Part shown: positions 46,307-57,207 of the stretch, in pieces
How the letters are laid out: the number at the start of each line of letters is the position of its first letter
Position numbering within the stretch: the stretch's first letter is position 1
NCBI GenBank assembly: GCA_965203805.1
Contig: OZ241917.1
Coordinates: 3,200,001-3,264,000 of the forward strand
Origin: Candidatus Latescibacterota bacterium
Lineage (GTDB): Bacteria > Latescibacterota > UBA2968 > GCA-2709665
Length of the DNA: 64,000 nt
Direction: 5' to 3'
Program-made: the position numbers and the translations under genes
Notes under the pieces: model-generated
What the model saw: only the letters and a program-made list of their open reading frames with translations
Told to the model about the DNA's origin: nothing
Database searches by the model: none

Positions 46307-46912
46307 ATGCACGGTTTAACCCGCGCTCTCTTTGCCGTCTCCGTTGCTGCAATGCTCACGACTTCCGCCGCGTGGGCGCAGCACGCGGTCAAGCTTGGCG
46401 CAGGCATACACTTTGACGAAGAAACGCCCGGCATCGGACTCGCATACGACATCAATGCCTCGGAAGGGCTGGTCGCGTTTTCGCCGTTTATCGATTTCTT
46501 TACCAAATCCGAAAACACGGTGTTCGGGGGCGGTTTGAACCTGGTCGTGAAACGTCCCGTGGGAGAAAAAGGCATCTTCTATTTCGGGGGCGGAGGCGGT
46601 GTAGGCAGCGTGACGTCCGTGAGGGAATTCGAAATTGAAAGTGAGACCGAGACCACGGCGCCGGCCGATGAGAGGGTGGAAGCTTCAAGAACGCAGGCAA
46701 TGGCAAACGTGCTGGTCGGCCTGGAATTTGCCACGACCGAGAGAGCATCGGTTTTCCTGCAGGCCAAGTGGATCGGCATGTACAGTGGAGATCCCGAAGT
46801 TTATACGCTCTCCGACGGCAGAGAAGTCGCGCCTGAACTGGATGTGAAAAGTTTCGCATTCCATGTCGGCCTTTCCATCAATATCGGTCAGTCTGAATAT
46901 GAAGGTTATTAG
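46307..46912 (+). CDS. Small outer-membrane beta-barrel protein 2
   Basis: ATG after GGGAGG; signal peptide ending AWA; FSPFIDFF, GGGLNLV, FYFGGGGG; paralogue of protein 1. Confidence 0.8.
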   Translation: MHGLTRALFAVSVAAMLTTSAAWAQHAVKLGAGIHFDEETPGIGLAYDINASEGLVAFSPFIDFFTKSENTVFGGGLNLVVKRPVGEKGIFYFGGGGGVGSVTSVREFEIESETETTAPADERVEASRTQAMANVLVGLEFATTERASVFLQAKWIGMYSGDPEVYTLSDGREVAPELDVKSFAFHVGLSINIGQSEYEGY

Positions 46913-46972
46913 TTACATCCGTCGCGCGTGAGATTGCGATGACCGCGGGTGACCGTGCGTATTGGAGGCATA

Positions 46973-47476
46973 ATGAGAATTCGACTGATGGTTTTGCTGT
47001 CCGGCCTCGCTCTGCTGACGGCCGCGCCCGCCGCCGCAAGAGATTTCGCGGTGAATTTCGGGGGCGGCACGCTCTTCGACTCGACCCGGCCGGGCGGTCA
47101 TTTTTCGTTCGAGATGTCGCTCAGTGACGAGTATCCCACCCACCTCGCCCCTTTCTGTGAATTTTACAACGATTCGGGCACAAGGATCATCCCGGTAGGC
47201 ATCTCGCTGCTTTACAAACCGCCCCTTTCGGAATACGGCGGCACGATATATTTCGGCGCCGGCGGCGGCGCATTGCTCATTCGGGGACAACCCGGTCCCG
47301 GCCTTGCAACGGGAACGGACGGAATGATCACGGTGGCGGGCGGTCTGTCGTTCGGCGTGGGCGCCCGCGCGGGCGTCTTCGTGCAGGTGCGCTGGTTCCG
47401 ATCGTTCGAAGATCAGACCGCGGAGAACGAAATCGGCATTCAGGCGGGATTGCGTTTCTATCTGTCGGAAGGCTGA
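46973..47476 (+). CDS. Small outer-membrane beta-barrel protein 3
   Basis: ATG after GGAGG; signal peptide; IYFGAGGG, GVFVQVRW, AGLRFY. Confidence 0.8.
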   Translation: MRIRLMVLLSGLALLTAAPAAARDFAVNFGGGTLFDSTRPGGHFSFEMSLSDEYPTHLAPFCEFYNDSGTRIIPVGISLLYKPPLSEYGGTIYFGAGGGALLIRGQPGPGLATGTDGMITVAGGLSFGVGARAGVFVQVRWFRSFEDQTAENEIGIQAGLRFYLSEG

Positions 47477-47510
47477 TTGCAATACAGCATACGGGTTAAC
47501 CCCGGGAGTT

Positions 47511-47551
47511 CAAAAGCGCCGGTAGCCCTCTTCAGGGCGCCGGCGCTTTTG
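47511..47551. terminator. Bidirectional terminator between convergent genes
   Basis: CAAAAGCGCCGG...CCGGCGCTTTTG. Confidence 0.75.
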
Positions 47552-47643
47552 CTTTGAAAGATCCGGATGGCCGTCAACGGGCAGCTGTCCGGGCTCGCCG
47601 CCGCGGACAACCGGGCAGCATTCGAGCGACCGTCCCGGCGGCG

Positions 47644-49143
47644 TCAACCGCGGTTCCTGAGCAGATCGACCAGAAGACGCACGCCCACGCCCGTGCCGCC
47701 TTTGGGGATGTGCGGCAGGTCTTTCTGCGCCCACGCGGTGCCTGCGATGTCCAGGTGAGCCCATGGAAACTCCTGCACGAAGGCCTCGATGAACGCCGCG
47801 CCCGTGATGGCGCCTCCGGCCCGGCCGCCGGTGTTCTTGATGTCGGCAACGTCGCTTTTCATCTCCTCCCGGTGGCCGTCCAGAATGGGAAGGCGCCACG
47901 CGATTTCGCCCGTTCTTTCTCCAGCAGCGGCGATTTCGGAAGCCAGTGCGTCATCGTTGGAGAAGAGCCCGCTGGCCTCGTGTCCGAGGGCGATGACGCA
48001 GGCGCCCGTAAGCGTTGCAAGATCGATGGCGGCAGACGGCTTGTACGCGCTGGCCCAGGCCACGGCGTCGGCCAGGACAAGGCGGCCTTCGGCGTCCGTG
48101 GACCGGATTTCGATGGTTTTCCCGAGAAGGGACCGGATAATGTCGCCCGGCTTGAGCGCGCGGCTGCCGGGCATGTTTTCCGAGGCGGCCACAAGGCCGA
48201 TCGTGCGGACCGGCAGATTCAGCCGCGCAACCGCCTGCATGGCGCCGATGACTGCGGCGGCCCCGCCCATGTCGAACTTCATATCCCACATGCCGTCGGA
48301 GCCTTTGATGGAAATACCGCCGGAGTCGAACGTGATGCCCTTGCCGATAAGCACGACGGGCGCCCCCTCCGGATCCCCGCCGTCGTGTTCAAGCACGACG
48401 AACCTGGGGGGTTCCGCGCTGCCCTGCGCCACGGCCTGGATGGTGCGCATGCCTTCCCCGGCAATCCTCTTCTCGTCGAATACCTCGCACCGGAGGCCTG
48501 CTTCGCGTGCCATCGTCTCCGCGCGACCGGCGAGTATGGCGGGCGTCATTTCGTTTCCAGGATGACTGCCGAGGTCGCGGGCAAGGCAGACGGCTTCGGC
48601 GATGATTCGCCCCGTCTCCGCCCCGGTTTTGATGTACGCCCGTTTTTCCTCGAGGAATTCGACGAGCGTGAGACTTTCGAGTTCACCGGTATCGTCGTCG
48701 TCTCCGCTCTTGTACGGTGTGAATCGATAAGTGCCCAGAATGGCGCCTTCGACGACGGCCTGGGCGGCCTCGCGCGCGTCCATCCTCCCAACCCCGGCCC
48801 CGTGGATAATCGAAGCCAGGCGTCCCGAGCCCAGGCTTTGCGCACGCTTCGCCGCGACCGCTGAGACCTGCCGGACCCTGTCGAGGGTGAAGTCCTCGCT
48901 CTTGCCCAGACCCACGAGAATGACGCGTCTCGCAGTCATGCCGTCCTGTGGATATAGCACGGCCACCTGCTTGAACTTGCCGGTGAAATCTCCACCGGAT
49001 ATCAGATGCCGGATCTGGCCGTTCATGGCGCTGTCCGCGGCGCCCGTTGCGCCGCCGGGCACGGTGACGCCCTCGAAGAGATTCACCACAATGGCATCCG
49101 CGTCGTACGCCGCGATGTTGTCAATCGCAACCGATATGTTCAC
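47644..49143 (-). CDS. pepA: Leucyl aminopeptidase (M17)
   Basis: GKGITFDSGG, MKFDMGGAA, TDAEGRLVLAD, HLDIAG. Confidence 0.95.
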   Translation of the reverse strand: MNISVAIDNIAAYDADAIVVNLFEGVTVPGGATGAADSAMNGQIRHLISGGDFTGKFKQVAVLYPQDGMTARRVILVGLGKSEDFTLDRVRQVSAVAAKRAQSLGSGRLASIIHGAGVGRMDAREAAQAVVEGAILGTYRFTPYKSGDDDDTGELESLTLVEFLEEKRAYIKTGAETGRIIAEAVCLARDLGSHPGNEMTPAILAGRAETMAREAGLRCEVFDEKRIAGEGMRTIQAVAQGSAEPPRFVVLEHDGGDPEGAPVVLIGKGITFDSGGISIKGSDGMWDMKFDMGGAAAVIGAMQAVARLNLPVRTIGLVAASENMPGSRALKPGDIIRSLLGKTIEIRSTDAEGRLVLADAVAWASAYKPSAAIDLATLTGACVIALGHEASGLFSNDDALASEIAAAGERTGEIAWRLPILDGHREEMKSDVADIKNTGGRAGGAITGAAFIEAFVQEFPWAHLDIAGTAWAQKDLPHIPKGGTGVGVRLLVDLLRNRG

Positions 49144-49155
49144 AAAACCTCCCTT

Positions 49156-49241
49156 ACGAGAAAGGCACGAGAAAACGAAAAGACGCGAGAAAACGAGAAG
49201 ACGAAGAAACGCGAGAAGACGAAGAAACGCGAGAAGACGAG
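49156..49241. repeat. Purine-rich tandem repeat with 9/18-nt period
   Basis: GAGAAGACGAAGAAACGC twice in tandem plus degenerate flanking units. Confidence 0.8.
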
Positions 49242-49299
49242 TAACGGCGGTGGATTAAACCATCATAGACCGTATGTCATTACGCCGGCCGCACGGGCG

Positions 49300-49920
49300 T
49301 CACCGAAAAAACGGATTGGTGGATTTCTCAATGCCCACTGTGGTGAAGGGGCCATGCCCGGGATAGACCCTGGTCTCGTCGTCCAGAGTCAGAATCTTCT
49401 CCCGTATTGACTTGAGCAGCAGGGCCGCGTCGCAGCCCGGCAGGTCGGTGCGGCCGATCGAGCCGGCGAACAGGGTGTCGCCCACGATCGCGTGCCCGGG
49501 CCATTTGAGCGTGATATTGCCGGGCGCATGCCCCGGCGTGTGGACAATCTCGAACGTCTCTTCACCCATCCTGACGACGTCGCCCTCTTCGAGAAACCGG
49601 TCGATGCGCGGCGGCGGCTCCGCTTCCATACCGACGGTTGCGGCGATCTCGACCAGGTTTTCGACCCTGAGACGGTCGGCCGGATGGATCGCGAAGGGGG
49701 CGCCGGTTTCGCGGACGGCGGAGGACGCGTGTGCGATGTGGTCGTAATGCCCGTGGGTGGCGATGATTTCCACAATGCGGATGTCGTCTTCGCGGACGAG
49801 TTCAATGATATCCGGGATGTTGTCGCCCGGATCCACGATGATGCCCTCGAGGGTCTTTTCACAGGCCAGTACGAAGCAGTTCACCTGCAGGGGTCCGACG
49901 ACGATCGATTTGAAGATCAA
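49300..49920 (-). CDS. MBL-fold metallo-hydrolase (glyoxalase II-like)
   Basis: THGHYDH, TPGH, GDTLF, GRTD, PGHG. Confidence 0.93.
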   Translation of the reverse strand: MIFKSIVVGPLQVNCFVLACEKTLEGIIVDPGDNIPDIIELVREDDIRIVEIIATHGHYDHIAHASSAVRETGAPFAIHPADRLRVENLVEIAATVGMEAEPPPRIDRFLEEGDVVRMGEETFEIVHTPGHAPGNITLKWPGHAIVGDTLFAGSIGRTDLPGCDAALLLKSIREKILTLDDETRVYPGHGPFTTVGIEKSTNPFFR

Positions 49921-49959
49921 GAAATGCTCCTCATGGTCAGCCAGATCCTCCTGTGGTAT

Positions 49960-50675
49960 CCCGACACCGGTATGTCACTTCGCCTGTGGGTGGACAAACC
50001 GGCTTTGGATCTATCCTATTGGGGGACAATGACTTTATCTCTCCCACAAGCTCTCATTTTCTCTTCGTCCTTTTCAAAAAGCCGTGAGCCGTAAGACGCA
50101 AGACGGGAGAGGTTGCCTGCCCTGTAAGGATTCTGTTCAGGCTTGAGGCATTGATAATGAGCCGTTTGGGCAAGGATGTCTTCTACCGTCTCACGTCTTC
50201 CCGCTTTTTGAAGAACGGCGCCGCTCGGCGCGGGGCCGGTTTTTCCGTGAACCACCTCAGTGGCATAAATGGAAATTCGCTGCCCTGTCACCGAAACAGC
50301 CCATCCCGAACGATGTTGCTGGACGGATTTGCACGGAAAAACCCCCAACACCACCACCGTACGCTTGATTAGGAACTTACAAAGAACCGTACGGCGATGT
50401 TTCTGCGCGATGAAGCGTTTACAGACCCCCCAACACCCCCACCAACCTACCCCCTTTCCCCCTTCCCGGGGGGAAGGGGGACCCCCGGATCCTATCGCGT
50501 GGCGTTCGTTTCCCTTTCCTTATAGGAAAGGGTCCCTGCCTGCCGGTGGTTTTTCGGCAGGCAGGGGGGATAGGTCTGCGCATCCGCGAGGTCATGTCGC
50601 CAGGCCTTATCGTCGCCCCGTTGAAGCAGGATGTCATCTCCCGTTTTACGTCTCACGTCTCACGTCTCCCCGCTT
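49960..50675. repeat. Non-coding repeat mosaic 3
   Basis: Left part matches mosaic 1; the part from GGATCCTATCGCG to AGGTCTG matches mosaics 2 and 4. Confidence 0.85.
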
Positions 50676-52001
50676 TTATTCCAGGCCTTCCTCGCCCGCG
50701 TGGATGGACGCGAGGACCCACGGATCCCGGGTTTCAACCCGGAACGCCTTTACCTTCCGCCGCATCGCCTCCGCGATTTCCGCGACCTCGGGATCGTGAA
50801 TCAGATTGGTCGACTCCGCCGGATCGGCGTCGACGTCGAACAATGCTTCCGCATCCTGATGCAGGAATCGTTCCGTGGGGCGCCGCCCCATCATCCCGAT
50901 CCCCTCCGACAGGACCGCCTGCCACGTGGGGGACGCCCACAGATCGCCCGGTATCGGCGTGGTCAACTCGGGGTACAGATTGCGCACGTATTTGTACTTT
51001 CTCCCCCTCAACACGCGGTACGGATAATAGTTCGTCACCTCGTGGAACGAATGCGAAAAGAAAGTCTCGTCCCATCCTTCCGGATGCGTCTCGTCCAGAA
51101 TCGGAATCAGCGAGCGCTCGGGAAGCCCGTCCGGCGGATTCACGCCACACCACTCCAGAACCGTGGGCGCGATATTGCACCAGTTCACCAGCGCGTCGCA
51201 CCTGACGGACGGCGCGTCCGGCCGGACCAGGATCAACGGGCATCGATGCCCGGAGTCGAACGACGACCCCTTGGCGCCCGGAAACGGCATCCCGTGGTCG
51301 CTCATGACCACAATCAATGTATCCTTCGCCCGTCCGGCGGCCTCGAGCGCATCCACCGCCATCCCGATCCCCCGATCCAGCCTGGATACGGACTGATAAT
51401 ACTCCGCGAGTTCCCGCCGCACGGCGGGGTGGTCGGGCAGGAAATCGGGCACCACGACCTCGTCCGGCGAATAGTACACCTCTTCCACCCCCGGATACGT
51501 CTCCTGATTTCCGAAATTGCGATGCGGGTCTCCGAATCCCATATGCAGATAGAAGGGTCTGTCGCCGGTCTGCGCGAGAAACTCCCGGGCCTGTCCGGCC
51601 ATCTCAGCCACGTTCCGCGTACCGCCGCGCACCCGTTCCGCGTTGTACGTCCATGGATAGACCGCTTCGGGCTGAACGTGCAGCTTGCCCACAATCCCGG
51701 TGGCGAATCCCGCCGATCCGAGGGCGCCGGTGATGGAGGGCATGGACAGGTGGGTATGAAAATTATGGATCCCGTGCGTATGCCCGTACTGCCCGTGCGT
51801 ATGGCTGTAATGCCCCGTCAACACACACGCCCGGCTGGCCGCGCACGACGGCGTCGTGCAGAAGGCCCCGGCAAACACCGTTCCACGAGACGCCAGCGCA
51901 TCCACATTCGGGGTCCTGATCACCGGATTCCCGTAACATCCGGCAACCGGGCTCCAGTCGTCGGCAATCAACAGGAGCACGCTGCGATGTTCTGTCGCCA
52001 T
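50676..52001 (-). CDS. Sulfatase, N-sulfoglucosamine sulfohydrolase-like
   Basis: IADD, TPNVDALA, SCAASRACVLTG formylglycine motif, GKLH, DPH, SDHG. Confidence 0.9.
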   Translation of the reverse strand: MATEHRSVLLLIADDWSPVAGCYGNPVIRTPNVDALASRGTVFAGAFCTTPSCAASRACVLTGHYSHTHGQYGHTHGIHNFHTHLSMPSITGALGSAGFATGIVGKLHVQPEAVYPWTYNAERVRGGTRNVAEMAGQAREFLAQTGDRPFYLHMGFGDPHRNFGNQETYPGVEEVYYSPDEVVVPDFLPDHPAVRRELAEYYQSVSRLDRGIGMAVDALEAAGRAKDTLIVVMSDHGMPFPGAKGSSFDSGHRCPLILVRPDAPSVRCDALVNWCNIAPTVLEWCGVNPPDGLPERSLIPILDETHPEGWDETFFSHSFHEVTNYYPYRVLRGRKYKYVRNLYPELTTPIPGDLWASPTWQAVLSEGIGMMGRRPTERFLHQDAEALFDVDADPAESTNLIHDPEVAEIAEAMRRKVKAFRVETRDPWVLASIHAGEEGLE

Positions 52002-52065
52002 AACGCTCCTTCTTCGAGCTCAATAAGGGTGAATCGGCTTGTCAGGCCGGGCAGGATCTCTTATC

Positions 52066-52506
52066 TTAGGATCCCGCCGCGCGAACGGGGATCCCCAGCA
52101 TCCTGTGTTTCAGCGATGCGTTTTCCCCGTTCCTGATTTTCCACAGCAGATAAACCATCAGCAAAATACCGGCGCCGTCATACAGCACGTCGGTCCAGGT
52201 TCCCATGCGCTCCGGAACGGAATTCTGATGGATCTCGTCGGTCACGGCGTAACAGACGGAAAGCGCCGCGCTCCATGCCAGGCATGGACCGAACCGCCGC
52301 CCTGCCGTCCAGACCGACCGCAGCCAGAGATAGGTCAGTATCGCATATTCGGTCAGATGGGCGAGCTTGCGAACCGCGTAGTTCAAGACGCCGAACCAGG
52401 CCTCCGTCGCATCCGCGGACATCCCGAAAGCCATCCATCTGCTCGACATCAGAAAGATCAGTCCCATCCAGCCCGCCAGCGCGATTCGCCATCGTATGAC
52501 CGTCAA
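52066..52506 (-). CDS. VanZ family membrane protein
   Basis: RKLAHLTEYAIL, YAVTDEIHQ, VPER...DVLYDGAG; TTG start after GAGG. Confidence 0.85.
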   Translation of the reverse strand: MTVIRWRIALAGWMGLIFLMSSRWMAFGMSADATEAWFGVLNYAVRKLAHLTEYAILTYLWLRSVWTAGRRFGPCLAWSAALSVCYAVTDEIHQNSVPERMGTWTDVLYDGAGILLMVYLLWKIRNGENASLKHRMLGIPVRAAGS

Positions 52507-52687
52507 TCCGACCTCGATTCGTTTCGCACCGATATCCTTTGTGCCTTTTGTGCTTTTTGTGGCCGATTTAACGGTTATCTCTTTTCGAATTAAGGCTAAG
52601 ATCGCCTTTTGAGAGAATCGCGTCAAGCACAAACCCGGCCGTGACGGGATTTCGCGGGCCGGGCGCCATCTGTCAGGAGATTCCTCG

Positions 52688-53362
52688 ATGCAAGCCTATC
52701 AGCGGGAGTTCATCGACTTCCTCGTTGAGACCGGCGCCCTTCGCTTCGGCGAATTCACGCTGAAGAGCGGGAGAGCGTCACCCTATTTCTTCAACGCCGG
52801 GCAATTCAACACCGGTACCGAAATCGAGCGCCTCGGGTATTACTATGCCTGCGCCATCCGCGAGTTCGACGCGGCGCCCACACTCGTCTTCGGGCCGGCC
52901 TACAAGGGCATTCCCCTCTGCATCGCCGCGGCAATCGCGCTCCGCCAGCGGTTCGACATCGATACCTGCTATGGCTTTGACCGCAAGGAGATCAAGGAAC
53001 ACGGCGAGGGGGGCTGGCTCGTAGGCAAGGAACCCGACGAACGGGACCGCGTCGTGCTGGTAGACGACGTTGTGACCGACGGCGCCACAAAAATCAGCAT
53101 GATCGACAGGCTGAAGGCAGCCTGCAGCGCCCGGTTATTGGGCCTGGTCATCGCTCTGGACCGCAAGGAGAAAAATACCCGCGGGGAGGACGCCGTGGCG
53201 GCCCTCCAATCCGTCACCGGCGTGCCCGTGCGATCCATTGTCACCATCCATGACATCCTGGAATACCTGCCCGGCCGCAGCATTCACGGCCGGGTCGCGC
53301 TCACTGCCCCCCTGAAGCGGCAGATCGAGACTTATCTCGACGAATACGGGATTCCCGTATAA
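52688..53362 (+). CDS. pyrE: Orotate phosphoribosyltransferase
   Basis: FGEFTLKSGRASPYFFN, GPAYKGIP, RKEIKEHGEGG, VDDVVTDG. Confidence 0.95.
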   Translation: MQAYQREFIDFLVETGALRFGEFTLKSGRASPYFFNAGQFNTGTEIERLGYYYACAIREFDAAPTLVFGPAYKGIPLCIAAAIALRQRFDIDTCYGFDRKEIKEHGEGGWLVGKEPDERDRVVLVDDVVTDGATKISMIDRLKAACSARLLGLVIALDRKEKNTRGEDAVAALQSVTGVPVRSIVTIHDILEYLPGRSIHGRVALTAPLKRQIETYLDEYGIPV

Positions 53363-53385
53363 CGGGACCCTTCGATTCCGGACGG

Positions 53386-54576
53386 CTATCCCGTCGCCCC
53401 GCAGTACCCCGCCGCTGTCATCGCGTACACCCGCGCCACCCGAACCAACTCGTCCACGGACACAGATTCGGACAGCGTATGCGCCCCTTTCGCGTCCGGA
53501 CCGTGCGTCAGCGCCGGGATACCCGCGAGGGCCGCGTAAGCATTGCCGTCGTCCACGAACGGTTTCCCGCCAACCTGCAGTTCTCCTCCCGATTCCGCCG
53601 CGTGCGCCGACTGAAACGCGTTGACGATCGCGTCTTCGCGTGAGATCCTGAACGCGTCTCCCTGAACCTGGAAATCCACCGTCGCCGGCGTCCCGAACTC
53701 CTGAGCAAGTGTGTCAACCAGCGCACGAAACTCCCTTTCGATCGCTCCCGTACGGCCGGGGGCGACCCACCGCCTGGTGCCCCGAACAGTGCACGCAACC
53801 GGCGCCTGATTGTAAATCTCACCCGACGCCATGAGCCCGACAAATACCGTATCGCGTCCGGACCAGGGGTCGGTATTCTTCTCCAGGGTCCGGTTGAGGT
53901 CCCGGAGGCGGCACACCAGTTCCGCGCCCGCCCCCAGGACGTCGGGTGTATCCGGCGCCCTGAGAACCTCGTGCACCGGGTCCCCGTCCCTGTGCAACGA
54001 GACCTCGAAAATGGCCATACCCCGACCCGCAAGAGGCAATCGATCGGCCAGATACTCAGGCAGCATCACAGCGTCGCCCACGTAACCCTCCGCAACCAGC
54101 GCCCGCACCTGTCGCCGGTCTCCCCAGGGTCCTTCGTGGTGGTCGTGCGCGGTGAGCAGCACACCCCCGCCGGAAAGCGCGTCCGTCTCGCGCAACGCCC
54201 GGAGCGCCTCCACCGACGCCGCGATACCGCCCTTCATGTCCGAGGCGCCGGAACCGTAAAGGACACCGTCGTCCAATCTGGGCGGGACAAAAGGCAGATG
54301 CACCGTATCCAGATGGCCGTCGAACTGCAGGGTGCGTCCCGGCCGACCGGTATCCAATCGAACCACAACCGCCGGCGCTTCCGGCCAGTCCGCCACCGGT
54401 CGTTCGACTTCGAATCCGTCGCCGGTCAATATCGCTTCAAGGCAATCGGCCGCGGCGCCGGCGCTCCGCGTGGGGCTGGGCGCCGCCACCAGCGCCATCG
54501 CCGTTTCCACAAGACGTTCCCGATTAACCGCGGACCGAATCCCGTCCAGCCGGTCCGCATCTGATGAATGGTCCAT
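53386..54576 (-). CDS. M20 metallopeptidase/deacylase (ArgE/DapE-like)
   Basis: DGHLDTV, GSGASDMKGG, GAH...ESV. Confidence 0.88.
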   Translation of the reverse strand: MDHSSDADRLDGIRSAVNRERLVETAMALVAAPSPTRSAGAAADCLEAILTGDGFEVERPVADWPEAPAVVVRLDTGRPGRTLQFDGHLDTVHLPFVPPRLDDGVLYGSGASDMKGGIAASVEALRALRETDALSGGGVLLTAHDHHEGPWGDRRQVRALVAEGYVGDAVMLPEYLADRLPLAGRGMAIFEVSLHRDGDPVHEVLRAPDTPDVLGAGAELVCRLRDLNRTLEKNTDPWSGRDTVFVGLMASGEIYNQAPVACTVRGTRRWVAPGRTGAIEREFRALVDTLAQEFGTPATVDFQVQGDAFRISREDAIVNAFQSAHAAESGGELQVGGKPFVDDGNAYAALAGIPALTHGPDAKGAHTLSESVSVDELVRVARVYAMTAAGYCGATG

Positions 54577-54827
54577 GAAACCCTCCCCGGCCAACGCCGT
54601 TGCGACCTGTACCGCGCGCGAAATACAGATGCCGGGCGATGGAGAAAAACGGAAAAGTGGTTGCGTTGTGTGCAGCAAATGTGGTATACATATACCCGGC
54701 CGGGGGCGCGTCGCCGGGGGATCGATGAACAATATAGAGCAACTCCGGCGTACTTCAAGCACACAACCGGGCGCCGCCCGGCGGGCCGACCGGCGGCGAC
54801 CCGTTCTTTCGGATTGGAGGAGACGAC

Positions 54828-55994
54828 GTGACGCGGGGCAGAGCCGACGACCCCCTTGCGATAACGCTGGGTGTGGAGGAGGAGTTCTTCCTGATCGATC
54901 CGGACACGCGGGACCTTCTCCCTGACCCGGACCGCCGGATTTTCGAGGACTGCGAGAACAACCGGGGGCCCCACAAGGTGGTGGCGGAGTTTCTCCGGTC
55001 ACAGATAGAAACCACGACAAGAGTCTGCCGGTCCGTCGACGAGGTCCGCGAGGCCCTGACGGAGACCCGACGCCTCGTCATCAATGCGGCGGCAAGCCAC
55101 GGAGCCGCGGTCATGGCCGCCTCCACGCATCCGTTTGCGGCCTGGCACAACCAGGTCGTGACGGCAGGCCGCCGCTACGAACAATTCGCAATGACCTATC
55201 AGCAGGCGGTTCGCGAACTCCTCGTCGGGGGGATGCACATCCACGCCGGATTCGGTAACGCGGACAACCGCGTGAGGGTCATGACGGCGCTGCGCCGGCA
55301 CCTTCCGCTGCTCCATGCGCTTTCGGCATCATCCCCGTTCAGCAGCGGCCGTGAAACGGGTTTCAAGTCCTACAGGATCACCCTGTTCAGCAGTCTGCCG
55401 CGCACGGGCCTTCCCGGCCCGCTGCGCACCTGGGAGGAATTCGACCGCCTGGTATCGGAATACCAGCGCATGGATTTCATTCAGGACAGCACGGAATTGT
55501 GGTGGCACATCCGGCCGTCCCTGGCCTTTCCCACGGTGGAGTTGCGCATCTGCGACATCTGCCACACCATCGACGAGGCGGTTTGCGTCGTTGCCCTGTA
55601 TGCTTCGCTGGTGCGTCACCTGCTTCGGCTGGACGCGGAGAACCGCCTTCCTCCGGAACCGCCCACCGAATTGATCGCCGAGAACTGCTGGCTCGCGCAG
55701 CGATACGGCGTCCTCGCGTTCCTCGGCAATACCGGGGGTAAGGGACGCACGGATATTGACGAACTCGCCCACGCGCTCGTGGACGAGCTTGCAGACGACG
55801 CACGAGCCCTGGGTTGCGAGTCCGAACTGCGCCGCGCTACGGACGTGATACGGAACGGTACGGGCGCCGACCGGCAGATCGATCATTTCCGCCTGCGCCG
55901 CCTGGAAGGCGACCCGGAACCGGAAGCCCTGCGGGAAGTCGTCGACCTCGTGGTGGAGGATACCCGGCGCGGGATCCCCGGCCTGACGGGGTGA
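54828..55994 (+). CDS. Carboxylate-amine ligase (YbdK/GCS2 family)
   Basis: TLGVEEEF, GMHIH, ALSASSPF, WWHIRP, TVELRICD. Confidence 0.92.
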   Translation: MTRGRADDPLAITLGVEEEFFLIDPDTRDLLPDPDRRIFEDCENNRGPHKVVAEFLRSQIETTTRVCRSVDEVREALTETRRLVINAAASHGAAVMAASTHPFAAWHNQVVTAGRRYEQFAMTYQQAVRELLVGGMHIHAGFGNADNRVRVMTALRRHLPLLHALSASSPFSSGRETGFKSYRITLFSSLPRTGLPGPLRTWEEFDRLVSEYQRMDFIQDSTELWWHIRPSLAFPTVELRICDICHTIDEAVCVVALYASLVRHLLRLDAENRLPPEPPTELIAENCWLAQRYGVLAFLGNTGGKGRTDIDELAHALVDELADDARALGCESELRRATDVIRNGTGADRQIDHFRLRRLEGDPEPEALREVVDLVVEDTRRGIPGLTG

Positions 55995-56082
55995 ATGACG
56001 ACGGACTGACCCGATCGTCCGTTCGCTTCCGAATTGTGCGAGGGGTCCCTATCACACACAAACCTGGACAATCGCGGCAACC

Positions 56083-57165
56083 GTGACGAACTGCGCTACC
56101 GTAAAACTGAAATCGGGCGAGCCGCTCGTTATCAAGGAGGTTGAGCCGCCTCTCGGGCGCTATGCCGGCAGCGTGGGATGCTGGTGGGATGCGGTTGACG
56201 AAGACCTTCTGGCAGGCGTCCTTGCGCCATGGCTTCGTTGTCCCTACTACATCGGCGAGATCAACGGGCAGGTTGCCGGGTACATGACCTGCCTTACATC
56301 CGTGCGGAATCCCGAGGTGGGCCTCGTGGAGTTCGTCAGCACGGCGAACGAACACCGGCGCAAGGGCGTCGGGACGGCGCTGCTGCGGCATCTGATCGCC
56401 CGCTTCGAAGCGCAAGGCGGCCTGGCCCTGTACCTTTGCACCACAAATCCCGTTGCCGGGCAGCTGTACGAAAACTGCGGGTTCCACTACTCCGTGGGTG
56501 ACGGTATGCGGTATCTGTCGGCCACTGCAGTCAACTTTGACGCCACGTACCTGGCGCGCGAGGGTGAGGCGATTGCTCGTGAGGCCGACTGGGGAGACCT
56601 GCCAGGCGCCACGGTCCTGTTCTGTCATCCGCGGCCTGCCTGGGAGATCAAGGAATATCTGAGCCATTGTTTCCGCGATACCCGTTTCGAGGGCCATTAC
56701 GTGAAGCTGATGAGACGCGTGGAGGAGGACCGCGGCGTTATCGTGGTGCTGGAGAACGGGCGGCAGCGGGTGGTGGGCTGCGCTGTCGTGGAACGACTGC
56801 CCACGTTTCAACAGCAGCACGTGGGTCAGATGAGCGTCCGCGTCGCCCCGGAATACGACGACCGGACCGATGCGCTGCTCGACGCCGCTGCCGCCCACGC
56901 TCACGCGATGGGCATTTCGGTCCTGCAGACTTATGTATCGGACGCGGACACCGACGCGGGAAGAACGCTGGAGGAAGCGGGGTTCGAATGCGAGGGTATC
57001 CTGCCCCGGCGCCTGCGAACCGCCGGCGGGCTGACCGGCGTTGCCGTTTACGGCAGACATCTTGGCGAAACCGGCGCGTGGCGTCCCCTGGATGCATATT
57101 ACGGCGAGAGGAAACCCTGGCAGGCGGAGAGGGTCCGCGCCATGGAACGAGACGGAACCGCGTAG
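56083..57165 (+). CDS. Tandem GNAT-domain acetyltransferase
   Basis: HRRKGVGTALL, NPVAGQLYENCGF; second domain ends LEEAGFECEG. Confidence 0.8.
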   Translation: MTNCATVKLKSGEPLVIKEVEPPLGRYAGSVGCWWDAVDEDLLAGVLAPWLRCPYYIGEINGQVAGYMTCLTSVRNPEVGLVEFVSTANEHRRKGVGTALLRHLIARFEAQGGLALYLCTTNPVAGQLYENCGFHYSVGDGMRYLSATAVNFDATYLAREGEAIAREADWGDLPGATVLFCHPRPAWEIKEYLSHCFRDTRFEGHYVKLMRRVEEDRGVIVVLENGRQRVVGCAVVERLPTFQQQHVGQMSVRVAPEYDDRTDALLDAAAAHAHAMGISVLQTYVSDADTDAGRTLEEAGFECEGILPRRLRTAGGLTGVAVYGRHLGETGAWRPLDAYYGERKPWQAERVRAMERDGTA

Positions 57166-57207
57166 ATCACCCTCAAGAGACGTCTCGAGTGAGAAAGGAT
57201 CACGCAA

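Noticed and set aside
49006-49410. ORFs with KTRENEK/RRRRNA repeats
   Set aside because: Translations of a non-coding tandem repeat that overlap pepA on the opposite strand.
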